This document shows positions 25,401-35,613 of a stretch of 64,000 bases of DNA, piece after piece (positions within the stretch are counted from its first letter, which is position 1; each line of letters opens with the position of its first letter). The notes below the pieces were generated by a model that worked only from the letters and a program-made list of their open reading frames with translations, was not told the DNA's origin and did not search any database. Position numbers and translations under genes: made by a program. Source of the stretch: Blastocladiella emersonii ATCC 22665 (taxonomy: Eukaryota > Fungi > Blastocladiomycota); NCBI GenBank assembly GCA_025594325.1, contig JANHCV010000004.1:620001-684000 (forward strand), given 5' to 3'.

Positions 25401-25518
25401 CGTCGCGTCTTCGAGCGGCGGCGGCGGCGGCAAGGCGTTCGGCGGGTTCAAGATCCGCAACCCGCTCAAGCGGAGCAAGCCGCGTATGGCGGCGGCCGCC
25501 GACTACGACCAGTACTAG
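22431..25518 (+). CDS. Large hypothetical protein with a divergent N-terminal BTB/POZ-like segment; intron near 24226..24279
   Basis: ATG 22431. YSDVTLDF...LHAAVLAQCGFF...FYTTLRLLYT is BTB-like. A GTACGT..CCCGTAG intron is followed by a low-complexity C-terminus ending at TAG 25518. Confidence 0.65.
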
Positions 25519-25562
25519 CTCGATCAATCAAGTGCAACAATATATATCTCACTCTCTCGCTC

Positions 25563-28500
25563 TTACAACTTGTCCGCCCCGACTTCCGCCAGCGCGTCGT
25601 GCCGGCAGATCGGGCACCCGCCCTGGACGACGTTGAGGTACTCGAGCTCGTCGGCGTGGAACGCGCGGGCGCACCCGGGGCACGTCGCGACGGCGACGTC
25701 GGGCAGCGCGCGGTAGAAGAGGCGCGCCGGGACGCTCGCCACGTCCGTCTCGCCCGTCGGCACGACGTGCACCTGCGCCCGCGGGAACCGCGCCAGCGTC
25801 TCGCGGTCGACGAGGACCGGGCCCGTGGCCGCACCCGTGCCTGTCCCGCCGTGGACGGACAGGTACTGCAGCATCGGATCCTCTTCCTCGCCGCTGGCGG
25901 AGGAGGCACCGGTCTTGGCTGTCGCGGTCCCGACGAGTGCGAGGTCGCCCGCCGGGTCGGCGACGCGGAACTCGATGAGCGGCAGCGGGTCGAACGAGTG
26001 GAACGCGAACACGAACGGCGCCGCGCACGCCACGCACCGCGGGTCGCCCGACGCGAACAGCAGCGGGTTTGTCGCCGAGCACGCGTAGCAGATGGGCTGC
26101 ATCTCTTCCTCGGCCGCGGGCATCGGCGGGAGGGTGAGCTGCGGTCCGCCGTTCGCGACCGCCGCCGCCTTGACCATGCCCCCCGCAACGGCCGTGCCCG
26201 GTTTCGTGGGCGACGCGGGCGCCGGTGCCGCCACGCCGATCCCCGCGCTGCTGCCCGCGAGCCCGCCGAGATCCGCCATGGCGAGAAGGCGGAGCACGTC
26301 CACGGTCCCCTGCCACGCGGGCGGGAGGCAGAACTCGGCGGCGATCCGGGCGGCGTCGAGCGTGAGCCTGGGCGCGCCGCACTCGCGTGCGAGGCGGACC
26401 AGGGCGTACGCGACCGTCTCCCTCGGGACGCCGGGCACCCACTCGGGGCGGTGGATGTGGGCGGCGAGGAACCTCGCCATGGCGAGCAGCGTCGGGAGCG
26501 GGAGCGACGTGAACGGGTCGCCGACGTACTGGGCGACGTGGTGGAACGCGTACAGGACGTCGGCGCGGGTGTTGTGCAGGTGGAACGCCGCGAGGTGGTC
26601 GCGGTGCTCGCCCGCCAACTCGTCGGCGGGCGTCGCCACGGGCAGGCACGCCCGGTGCACCATGGCCAGGCGCCACGCACACCTTGCCGCGTCCAGGTAG
26701 CACTCCTGGGCGAGCGCGTTGTCGAGCATCTTGCGCACGAGCTGCAGCGACAGGTCCATGCGGCCGGCGCGCGCGAAACACGCCTGCGCGCCCGCGAAGT
26801 CGTCGCGCAGCAGCAGGTACTGCGCGTACGGCAGCTCGACGAGCGGCTCGAGCCGGTGCTCGCGCGCGACCGCGAACGCCGCGTCAAAGTCGTCGCCTGC
26901 GACGTGCAGCTGCACCAGCGCCTTCCAGTCGCCGAGCCGCCGCAGCACCCCCGAGACGTGCTCGGTCTTGCCGCGCTGCCGGAAGAACGCCGCGCACTGC
27001 GCCAGCGTCGCCGCGTCCATCTTGTCGCCCGACGCCTGCACCACGAGCGCGAGCCGCTCCACGGCCCCGTTCTGCACCAGCAGCCGCACCGCCTGCGCGA
27101 GATCGCCCACCTGCAGGTAGGTGTCGGCGGCGGCCTCGTAGTCGTTGCGGTCCTTGAGCAGCGCCGCCTTGTGCTTGAGGATCGAGTCCTCGGGCAGCCC
27201 GTTCTCGCGCGCCAGACGCAGCGCGTACTCGAACATCATCAGGTCCGTGTACATGGCCACGGCGCGCGCCGGCTGGCCGCGACCGACGTACAGGTCCGCC
27301 GCCGCCGCAAAGTTGCCGCGCACCGCGAGCACGTTGGCGCGGACGAGGTCGCGCGCGGCCGCTGCTGCCGCCGTGTTCCCGTTGTTGTTCCCGTTCCCGA
27401 CGGTCGCCGCGTACTGCGCAGCGAGCGACGCAATGTGGGTCAGCATGCGGTGGTTCTGGACGCGGGCGTAGCACCGTCGGGCGAGGTCGAACTGCAGGTC
27501 CTCGAGCGCGGCGCCGCCGAGCGCGTCCCAGTCGCGGTCCGTGCACGCGCCGAGGCACGCGACCATGAAGGCGCGGTGCCACTCCTTGCGCTCCACGTAC
27601 TGGTAAAGGCACGTGGCGAGCGGCACGTCGAGCACCGACATGGTGTACTGGTGCAGGCTGAACAGCTGCGCGCCCTTGAACCCGACCACGAACCCCTGGT
27701 GCGGCTGCTGCAGCGGCGGGTACGACCCCGCCTTGATCGTCACCATGTCGCGCCCCGAGAAACACAGCAGGTCGTCGTGGTCCGTGTTCCACGCCACGCT
27801 CGCCGCGTTCGGTTCTTGGTACACGAGCTCGAGACCGGCACCGCGCATCGCTGCGCCGCCGCCCGCGGGACTCGGGCTGCGCAGGACCGCCGTCGGGCCG
27901 GACGACCCGCCGCTGCTGCTGCTGCCGCCGGCGCCGAGCAGGTCGTACACGGCGCACGTCTCCGAGTCGTCGACGACCGCGAGCCGCGTGCGCGTGCGGT
28001 TGATGTCGACGCAGCGCACGGGGAACCCGTGGCGGACGAGCGGCACGGGGAACGGGTTGTCGAGGAACACCTGGTACGTCCACCCGTCGCGCATCCCGAG
28101 CAGCACGGCCTCGCGGCCCGGCGGGCCGCCGACCACCTTGATGTACCGGATCATCGAGTCGAGCTGCCACTCGCGCTCCTGCTTGCCCGAGAAATCGTAC
28201 ATCTTGAGCGTGCGCTCGATGCAGAACAGGATGTGCCGGCTCGCAATGACCAGCAGGTTGCACTCGAGCGCGAGGTCGATCTTGTCGCGGATCCGGTACA
28301 CGAGCGCGGGTTTTCCGCCCGCCTGCTGATGCGTGCCTGCGGCGCCCACATCGCCGCTGCCCGAGCCGGGCTGGTCGAGGAGGATCGCGGCGAGCATGCT
28401 CGTCAGTCCGCCCATCCCCGCGGCCCCGGCGCCACCGCCACCGAGCGCGGCCTGCGCGCCGTCCGCGACCATCTCGTAGACGACGACGCGCGACGGCAGC

Positions 28501-29905
28501 TGCAGGGCGACCTTGTCGTGGTACACGGCGACCTTCTTGACGTGCTCGCGGCACGGCAGCCGGCACTGGCGCGTCTCGCCGGCCGCGTCGAAATGTTGCA
28601 CGACCACGTCCGTGAGCCCCGTGCGGAACACGTAGCGGTTGCGGTGCAGCGCGTGCACCGTGTGGAACAGGACGTGGTGCACGCCGACCACGCCGTCCTG
28701 CGTCGCCCACGCCAGCAGGTTGCTCGCCGGGTTCATGGCCACCGACCAGATCCACGTGTCGGGACGCTCGACCAGCGCGCCGATCCGGGCCGTCGTCTCT
28801 CCCCCGCCGCCGACCGCCCACAGCGCGACGGTGCCCGACGTCCCCGCGACCGCCGCGTACCCGCCCTGGTAGAAGTGCGACAGCCCGATCGGGTCGCCGT
28901 CCGCGCCCGTCGCGCGCTCGCGCCCGACCTGCTTGCCCGTCGGACGGTACACGGACACGGTCTGCTGCCAGTCGGTGATGACGAGGGTCTCGTCGGCGCC
29001 GTTGCTCGATGCTGCCGGCTTCAACGCGGGCTGCCCCTTTTTCGCCGGGCTGTCCTTGACGGCGGTGGCGCCACCCGTTCGCTGCGCGTCGACAGAGGTG
29101 TTGGCCATCAGCCGCGAGCGCGCCGTCGGGCTCCACTGCAGCGCCCAGATGGGCGCGGACCCGCGGTCGATGGTGCCCGTCTCCTCGCCCAGCTTGTTGC
29201 GCAGCGACACGGTGCCGCTGTACAGACCGAGCGCGAGGAACTGGCCGTCCGACGACCACGAGCAGCATGTTACCTTGGACGAGATCTAGACGCGAGGAGG
29301 TGAGTGGTGCGTGAGAGCTGCGAGGAGGTGAGCGAACGAGCGGCGTGTACCTTGAACTTGGTCACCGCGCGCGACTCGGGGCTCCACAGGCCAAAGTCGG
29401 ACGCCGTGCCGGAACACAGTACGCCCGTGACGGGGTTGTACGCGAGGCACTGGACCGAGTCCGTGTGCGTGAACTTGACGCTCGGGCTGAAGGTGATCTG
29501 CACCTCGCCGGCGCCGTTCGCGTCGCCGCTATCGGCACCCGCGGGTTTCACGAGTCCGCCGGCGGCCGCTTTCGCAGCGGCGCGTCCGTCCTTGGGACTC
29601 CTGAGCGTCGCCGCAGGATCGTCGGCAGCGTTTGTCGCAGTGACGTTCCAGATGACGACCGTCTTGTCCGCGCCGGCCGACGCGAGCTGGTTCCCCGCCG
29701 CTGCGGCGGCGAGCGAGTAGATCACGTCCTTGTGCGCGCGCAGCGTGTCGAGCAGCTTCCCGTCGGCCGCGGCGTAGACGAGGATCTGGCCGCCGACCGC
29801 CGCGAGCAGCCGCGACCCGTCGGCCGTCCACACGAGCGCGTGCACGGGCTGCGGCGTGCCCTCGCGGTCCAGCAGGCGGTCGGCCCAGACTTCGGTCGAG
29901 CGCAT
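25563..29905 (-). CDS. IFT122: Intraflagellar transport protein IFT122 (IFT-A); intron 29286..29350
   Basis: MRSTEVW..., WD40 repeats (AHKDVIYSLA, FTHTDSVQCLAYNP, DFGLWS), LHRNRYVFRTGLTDVVVQH, YIKVVGGPPGREAVLLGM, TPR region, C-terminal CYACSATNPL and CPICRH zinc ribbons. Confidence 0.96.
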
Positions 29906-30194
29906 GGTCTTGGTTGCATGGGGAGGTGGGTTACGGGTAGAGGAGGGTTGGGCGTGAACAATCGGCACGCGAGGAGAGGTGAAAATGCGGGGCTGTGGGA
30001 TGGCGCGACGCGTCATGCACGCGAGCCCACATGATATCGCATCGCGTCTCGCGTCTCGCGTCTCAGGAGGTGCGAGTGCATCGTGTCCTTTCGAGCTGAG
30101 CTCACTCGAATAAAAAACCTGAAGCACAAAGTGAGCTTGTATCAAATCGGATAACATGGTCTCATGTCGTTGAAGACCGCCATAGCGACTCAGC

Positions 30195-31256
30195 TCAGAA
30201 ACCAACGTCGTCGCAGCCCGTGTCAACTTCCTCGACGGGGAACCCGAACTCGTCGAACTCGGTCACCTCGTCGAGCGGGATGGCCTCCTCAAACTCGGCA
30301 CCCTCCTCGAACTCCGCGGCGTCCTCGACCTCAAGGGTCTCGAGGTCGGCCGAAATCTCGTCGACGGCAGCATCAGGGTCGACCTCGTCCTCGAAACCAG
30401 GCTCGAGGCCAGTCGCGTCGACGAGGTTGTCGCTGGCCGGGTTGACCTCGTCGAAATCGACGGGCGCGAACGCGGGCGCAAAGGCAGCTGGACGAGAAAA
30501 GCAAGCGCGTCAGCGTCAATTTTCTCACGCACGACGAGAAGGTGTGGGGCGTACCCTCGGGGCGGTTGTACGCGAGACTCGGCGTCTGGGCGCCGTCAAT
30601 CGCGTTGATCTCCTGCAGCGCGTCGTTCCACGAGATGCCCGGGTTCTCGACGAGCACGGTGTCGAGTGCCTGGGTGAAAGGACTCGGACCGTCGCCGAAC
30701 CCAGCGCTCGCGTTCTCGTCCATCTGCGAGGCCGAGATAGCGACCACGTTGCCAGCGATGTCGTCGCCCATGAGGTCGTTGAACTCGAGCACACCCCCAG
30801 ACCGGCAAGAATCCAGTGCGATAGTCATATTGGAGCCCTCGGGAAGGCCGGCCAGGATCTCGCGGATCTCGGCGTCCGTGATCGCGCCGTCCGACGTGGC
30901 AATGAACTCGGCCATGCCATCGGCTTCGCTGTTGGTCGGGTCCGGCATCTGCCCGCCGTGGCCCGAGAACGAGAACATGAGGTTGTCGCCCGGCTCGGCC
31001 TGCGCGACCATCTCCGTCAGCGCGTCGAGGATCTCCTGGCGAGTCACCTCGCCCGTCATCGGGCGGACGTCCTCGATGCTCATGCGCTCGGAAATTCCGC
31101 CCATGATCATGGCGTCGGCCTCGCAGCCTACGAGGAGATTGGGATGCAGCGTCAGACGTTGGTTGAGCAAACCCCACGAGCTTGATTGATCGTACCGGGA
31201 AGCGGAGCCGCATCGGTTTCGTAGGTGATGCCAACACAAACGCTACGATCGGGCAT
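30195..31256 (-). CDS. Metacaspase (peptidase C14), no prodomain, acidic C-terminal tail; two introns (about 31128..31177 and 30488..30554)
   Basis: Exon 1 MPDRSVCVGITY...LPGTINQAR corresponds to KALLIGINY..L.GCINDA. Catalytic motifs FSFSGHGGQ and ALDSCRSGG, then ISASQMDE and PFTQAL. The last exon is Asp/Glu-rich and ends at TGA 30195. Confidence 0.88.
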
Positions 31257-31780
31257 TGTTGATGATTCGGAAGGTCGGGGGATGCGATGTGGGGTTGGGT
31301 AGGTCGCTTGATGAAAGTGGGAGAACGTCCCTTTTATGGCAGGGAGCGTTCCTTGCCACCGCGACTCGCGACCCTGCGGTGCTCCTGTACCACACCGTAC
31401 GGAGGCTAGGCCACAGGTGCACACCGCGACCGCGCCTCGAGCACCGCTCCTCATGAAACAGTACACCTCACCGCAGCCGTCGCAGGCTTGAGCAGCGGCC
31501 CCACCGTACCATTGGCGGCAGATTTCCGCTTCGCCATTTGACCTAAGAATGGGTCTTCTATCAGAGCCATCAATGTGAGCCCTTGATTCGTCTGCGGAGG
31601 GGTATGAGGGACCGCGAGCAAAAGAATCAGATCAGCCACGTCAGGTGATGAACGCGTTGCGCGTTGCGCCACAGTCGAGCCGCGACCAATTTCGGAGGGA
31701 TTCTTGACCTCTCAATAAGAAACGTTCAAAGATTGAAACAAGGAAACTATTTATGAACAAACATGGGACTGGAAAGAGCG

Positions 31781-33270
31781 TCAAGCCTTCTTCGAGCGGA
31801 GCAGCGTGATCGTGGTGACCGTGCCGTTGGGAAGCAGCACATACTCGTGCTCGTCTTCCCCGCCCGCCTCCTCGCCATCATCAGCTTCGACAGCACTCGG
31901 AACACTAGGCAAGGCGGACAAGGCGGGCGGCGGGAGCGGCGGCAAAGCGGACTTGAAGTCGGCGAGCGGCATTTCTTGGGTGGTTGGAATCGACGACAAG
32001 AGCGGGATGCGCGGCGCAGCCAAGCTGGTCAGGCCTATCGACTCGCCGTGCTGAGGAGGTTGCTGCTCGATTCGAGAGCTCGCGAGTTGGTCTTGAAGCT
32101 CCTGGACACGACGCGCGCGCACAAGGAGGAAGTTGAAGGCCGCGAGAAGTGCCGCCGCGCCGATTCCAATGAGCGTGAAGACCCACCACGGAGTCGAAGC
32201 GGTTTCGGAGCCGGTAACGGTACTAGTGGCGCCCGTCGGGCTCGCGGTAGCAGTTGGAGTTGCTGTTGGCGCTGCAAAGTCTTTCTTGGCCCGCTCGTCA
32301 AAGTCGGCAAGTACCGTCAAGCAATTCTTGCCTTGGGCGACAATTTTCGATGGATTCGCATTATCCGAGAGCACGGTTTGAGGACACGTGTAGCCCACCG
32401 TGGCATTGTTCAGCGGCGCTAAAGCTGCGTTACCACCATTACAGGTGCCAACTTCGCCAAGAAAGCCGCACTGATTCGTGCTTTCAAAAGGAGTTCCGGT
32501 GCAGCCGCTGCTGTTGTCAGCGTACGATTTGAACACATCCAAGTAAGCCTTGACCTTGGATGTGTCCCTGTCGTTACAATACCGTCCGATATCGAATTCG
32601 ATCGACTGCACACGCTCCTCGACGAGTTTTCTGCAAAGAAGCGGTTTCGTTGCAGTCAGCGCAGTAGAAGAAGTATTTCCGGTAGCAGTCGTGGCCTGCT
32701 CGACATAAGTCGCGCAAGGCTCGCCCTTGGATTTGAAGTGATCCAGCATGTCGATAATGAGAGCGTATTCGAAATGGCGCTGGCTCGGAAGCGGACAGCC
32801 GAAGCGCTCGTACGAGTGCTCCACCGCTCCGTTTGAAAGCTGTGGCCCAGACAAGAAGCTGTTGAAAGCGGCAGCGTCCTTGAACGTCGCCGGGACATTC
32901 TTGACTTTCTTGGTGAAGTTGGAGTCGACGAAAGGACGAAGATCAAGTGGCAAGTACGCGCCCTTGAATGCTACCAAAGAAACCGCAAGTTGGATGTCAG
33001 TAGGATCCGTTATCCTCGTCGCCTCGAATGACACGTACAGCGCAGCTTCGGGTTGGCACCGAGGTCAATGCACTCAGCGCCGCGAACTTTACAGCCAAAC
33101 TGGTTGAGGCTTTGGCCGCACGTGGTAAGTGTCGAAGCATCCATAGGAAGTTCCTGCGCCTGCCCATCAGCCTGAGCAGAGACGAGGGGGGGCCAGTGCC
33201 ACGCGCAGAGGTACGCGAGGATCGCCACAAGCAAAGTCGTCCGGACGAGGCCAAAGCAGCGTCGAGTCAT
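31781..33270 (-). CDS. Type I single-pass membrane protein with signal peptide and Cys-rich ectodomain; intron about 32973..33038
   Basis: Signal peptide MTRRCFGLVRTTLLVAILAYLCAWHWPPLVSA. A GTACGT/TACTGAC/TAG intron joins the frames. About 12 ectodomain Cys, a Thr-rich stalk, TM PWWVFTLIGIGAAALLAAFNFLLV followed by RARR, and a Pro-rich tail. Confidence 0.78.
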
Positions 33271-33684
33271 TGTGAAGCCAGTCGATCCGGGATAACCGCG
33301 CGAAACGAGGAAGGTGGACGCGATCAAGTCGGTTGTTGATTCGTAGCAAAAGGGACTGGTCATCGAGAGAGAGCAGGCGCGACCCGCCACCGAGCGACTT
33401 CTTGAACGCTTGCGCGCGGTGTTGGTTTCGGAATTGATCCTGTGCACCGCGCGGGTTACCTTCGCCATTGCGGTGCTGATCCGTGATTGAGGGTGCGGTG
33501 CGAGCGCCTGTCACGTCTTTCTACGCCGTGGCGGTGCTTCTCGATGACCATCACATTGACGATCAAGTTGCGGAATTCGATGGACTCGATCGCTCGGAAT
33601 ACCCTCACGCTTTGCCCGTTCAGTTGACTCAAAGTCATGTTTATGAAGAAATGCAATAGAAGACGCTGAAAAGCACCAAAGAGC

Positions 33685-34740
33685 TCAGGCCACCTGCGCC
33701 TTGGACTTGCCCCAGTTGCCGATCACGGCCGCGCACTCGTTGATCAGCTTGTTGAAGGTCGCCGCGTCGCCCTTGTTCTTGAGGGCAGCGTTCGCGGCGT
33801 CGAGCGCGGTCTTGATCGCTGCGTCTGCCGTGACGTTGACGAGGCGCATCGTCTCCTCCTTGGGGAGCTCGGCGGGCAGCAGACGCTTGGGCGGGATGTA
33901 CGCAAACGACTCGGGCACGGCACCCTGAATACGCGTGACGATGGCGACGACGGGGATGCCGCTCTTGCGCAGATCCATAAACTTGGCCGTGCGCGCGTCG
34001 AACGTCTCCTTGATGACGGGGCTCATGAACCGCATCTGCGAGTCCCACTGCGAGACCAACGACGTCTTGCTGACGCCCGAGACGGCCTTGGCCGTGACGC
34101 GCATCGACGGCCCGAACAGGCCGCGGGAGATGGCGCGCGCGGGGAGGCTCGTGATGATTTGGCGGCGCAGACTGCCATTGCGCGGCTTGCGCGGGACGGC
34201 AAACTCGCCAGCGTGCGCGAGCAGCAGCGTGTGCTGGGTCAGCCCGAGCAGCTTCTCCTCGTACAGGAAGTGCGGCGTGTCGAGCGTCACGATGCCCTCG
34301 ATCGTGATGAGGCGCACCCAGTCGTCCTTTGCGCCGGGACCAGACTTGTGGGCCAGAAAAGCGCGCACCGCCTCGACGGCGACGAGCCCGCCGACCTGGT
34401 GCCCGACGAGCGCGATGCGGATGCGGCCGCCCTCGCAGACGAGCGCACGCATGTGCTCGACGACGTGCCACGCGGCCTCGGCGAGCGAGGTGAGCGGGTA
34501 CTCGTCGACGACGTGGCGATCGAACGCGGCAACGTTGTTGTGGAAGATGTGGTCCTCGAGCGCTTTGGCGAAGATGGACATGTCCGAGCGCGTCGCCGGG
34601 TCGACGGAGCCGACGCACAGCATGACGCCGGCCTCCTCGTCGAGGTGCACGTGCGGGAGCGTGCTCGCCTCGCCAGCGAGCTGCGACGTCGCCGTGTTGG
34701 TTAGGTCCTCGAGGGAGTAGCGGCGGTTGAGCATTTGCAT
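33685..34740 (-). CDS. Alpha/beta-hydrolase-like (DUF676/PGAP1-like) protein with degenerate nucleophile elbow
   Basis: RIALVGHQVGGLVA in place of GHSxGG, followed by IEGIVTLDTPHF. Intronless 351-aa ORF with coding-type GC3 bias. Confidence 0.65.
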   Translation of the reverse strand: MQMLNRRYSLEDLTNTATSQLAGEASTLPHVHLDEEAGVMLCVGSVDPATRSDMSIFAKALEDHIFHNNVAAFDRHVVDEYPLTSLAEAAWHVVEHMRALVCEGGRIRIALVGHQVGGLVAVEAVRAFLAHKSGPGAKDDWVRLITIEGIVTLDTPHFLYEEKLLGLTQHTLLLAHAGEFAVPRKPRNGSLRRQIITSLPARAISRGLFGPSMRVTAKAVSGVSKTSLVSQWDSQMRFMSPVIKETFDARTAKFMDLRKSGIPVVAIVTRIQGAVPESFAYIPPKRLLPAELPKEETMRLVNVTADAAIKTALDAANAALKNKGDAATFNKLINECAAVIGNWGKSKAQVA

Positions 34741-35613
34741 GGTGAAGGTCTAGGATGAGAGAGCGAATGGTCGGTGGACGATGGATTGCTTTCCCGTTTG
34801 CGACGTGGCGGCGTCGGGCGACGAGAATCAAGGAAGGCGTGTGGCGAGCCAGAATGCGCAAATCGCCCTGCGACAGGGCTGCCTGACACCGTACGGTATC
34901 AAGTGAACAGTTAACCGCAATGCCGAGGCGAACACCGCCACAACCTTGAAAACCACATGGCGCTGTTGAGCACCGTACCCATTAGTTCCGCAAGCGCAAG
35001 CACCGCAACCGTGACCCAGTACCGCAGCAATGACTCTTTGACCGCAGGCCGAATTTGACGCGAGAACGAGCCCTGCGATCATCTGCAGAATAAACTGAGG
35101 CATGAGAGACTTGTTGCGACAAATAATGGGCTCATCCGATGCATGGGAAGCTGCTGCGCGTCGGTGAGGTAGATACATCGCGGCGCCAAGTGTGAAACGC
35201 GTTTCTCTCCAACGACGCGATCCTGACGCGAACTTTGACGCCGATTTTTCTGTTCTGGACTTGACAAGCGTGTTTATGGAGTAGTTCACTTGCTAGGAGG
35301 TTGGCGCGTTCAACGGAGCGACAGGGCACGCGCTGCGCCACTTTCGCCCTCTCTTCGGCCACCTTGGTTCATGGGCGAGCACGGCGCCTGTGACTTGGTG
35401 CAATTTGAAGCTTGATTAAATCAAGGACATTCTGTTAAGTTTAAGTTCTTGGTTCGTCGCATGGAGCGTGTGAGCAGGCCCAAACGCGGCAAAGACGCGA
35501 ATGATCAGCCTGCGATCAGCCGCACGTGTTCCGCAACGCGTCCCTCTTCGACGCGTTTTCAGGCGAGGACGCGTCCCTTCCTCCCGGCACGAAATCAATC
35601 AAGCAACGCCACC

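Noticed and set aside
25599-29303. 1234-aa plus-strand ORF antisense to IFT122 (similarly 2118..4721-, 13097..16733+, 55345..57780+, 60478..62256-)
   Set aside because: Shadow ORFs caused by extreme GC3 bias. They are Arg/Ala/Gly-rich with no motifs, while the opposite strand encodes recognisable proteins.
29906-30000. RFX X-box upstream of the ciliary genes (IFT122, SPATA4, SSX2IP)
   Set aside because: Only partial half-sites such as GTTGCATGG were found; none fits the full palindromic consensus.
30195-31256. Metacaspase as bacterial contamination or very recent HGT
   Set aside because: It contains two spliceosomal introns with host-type signals. Only an ancient bacterial affinity remains testable.
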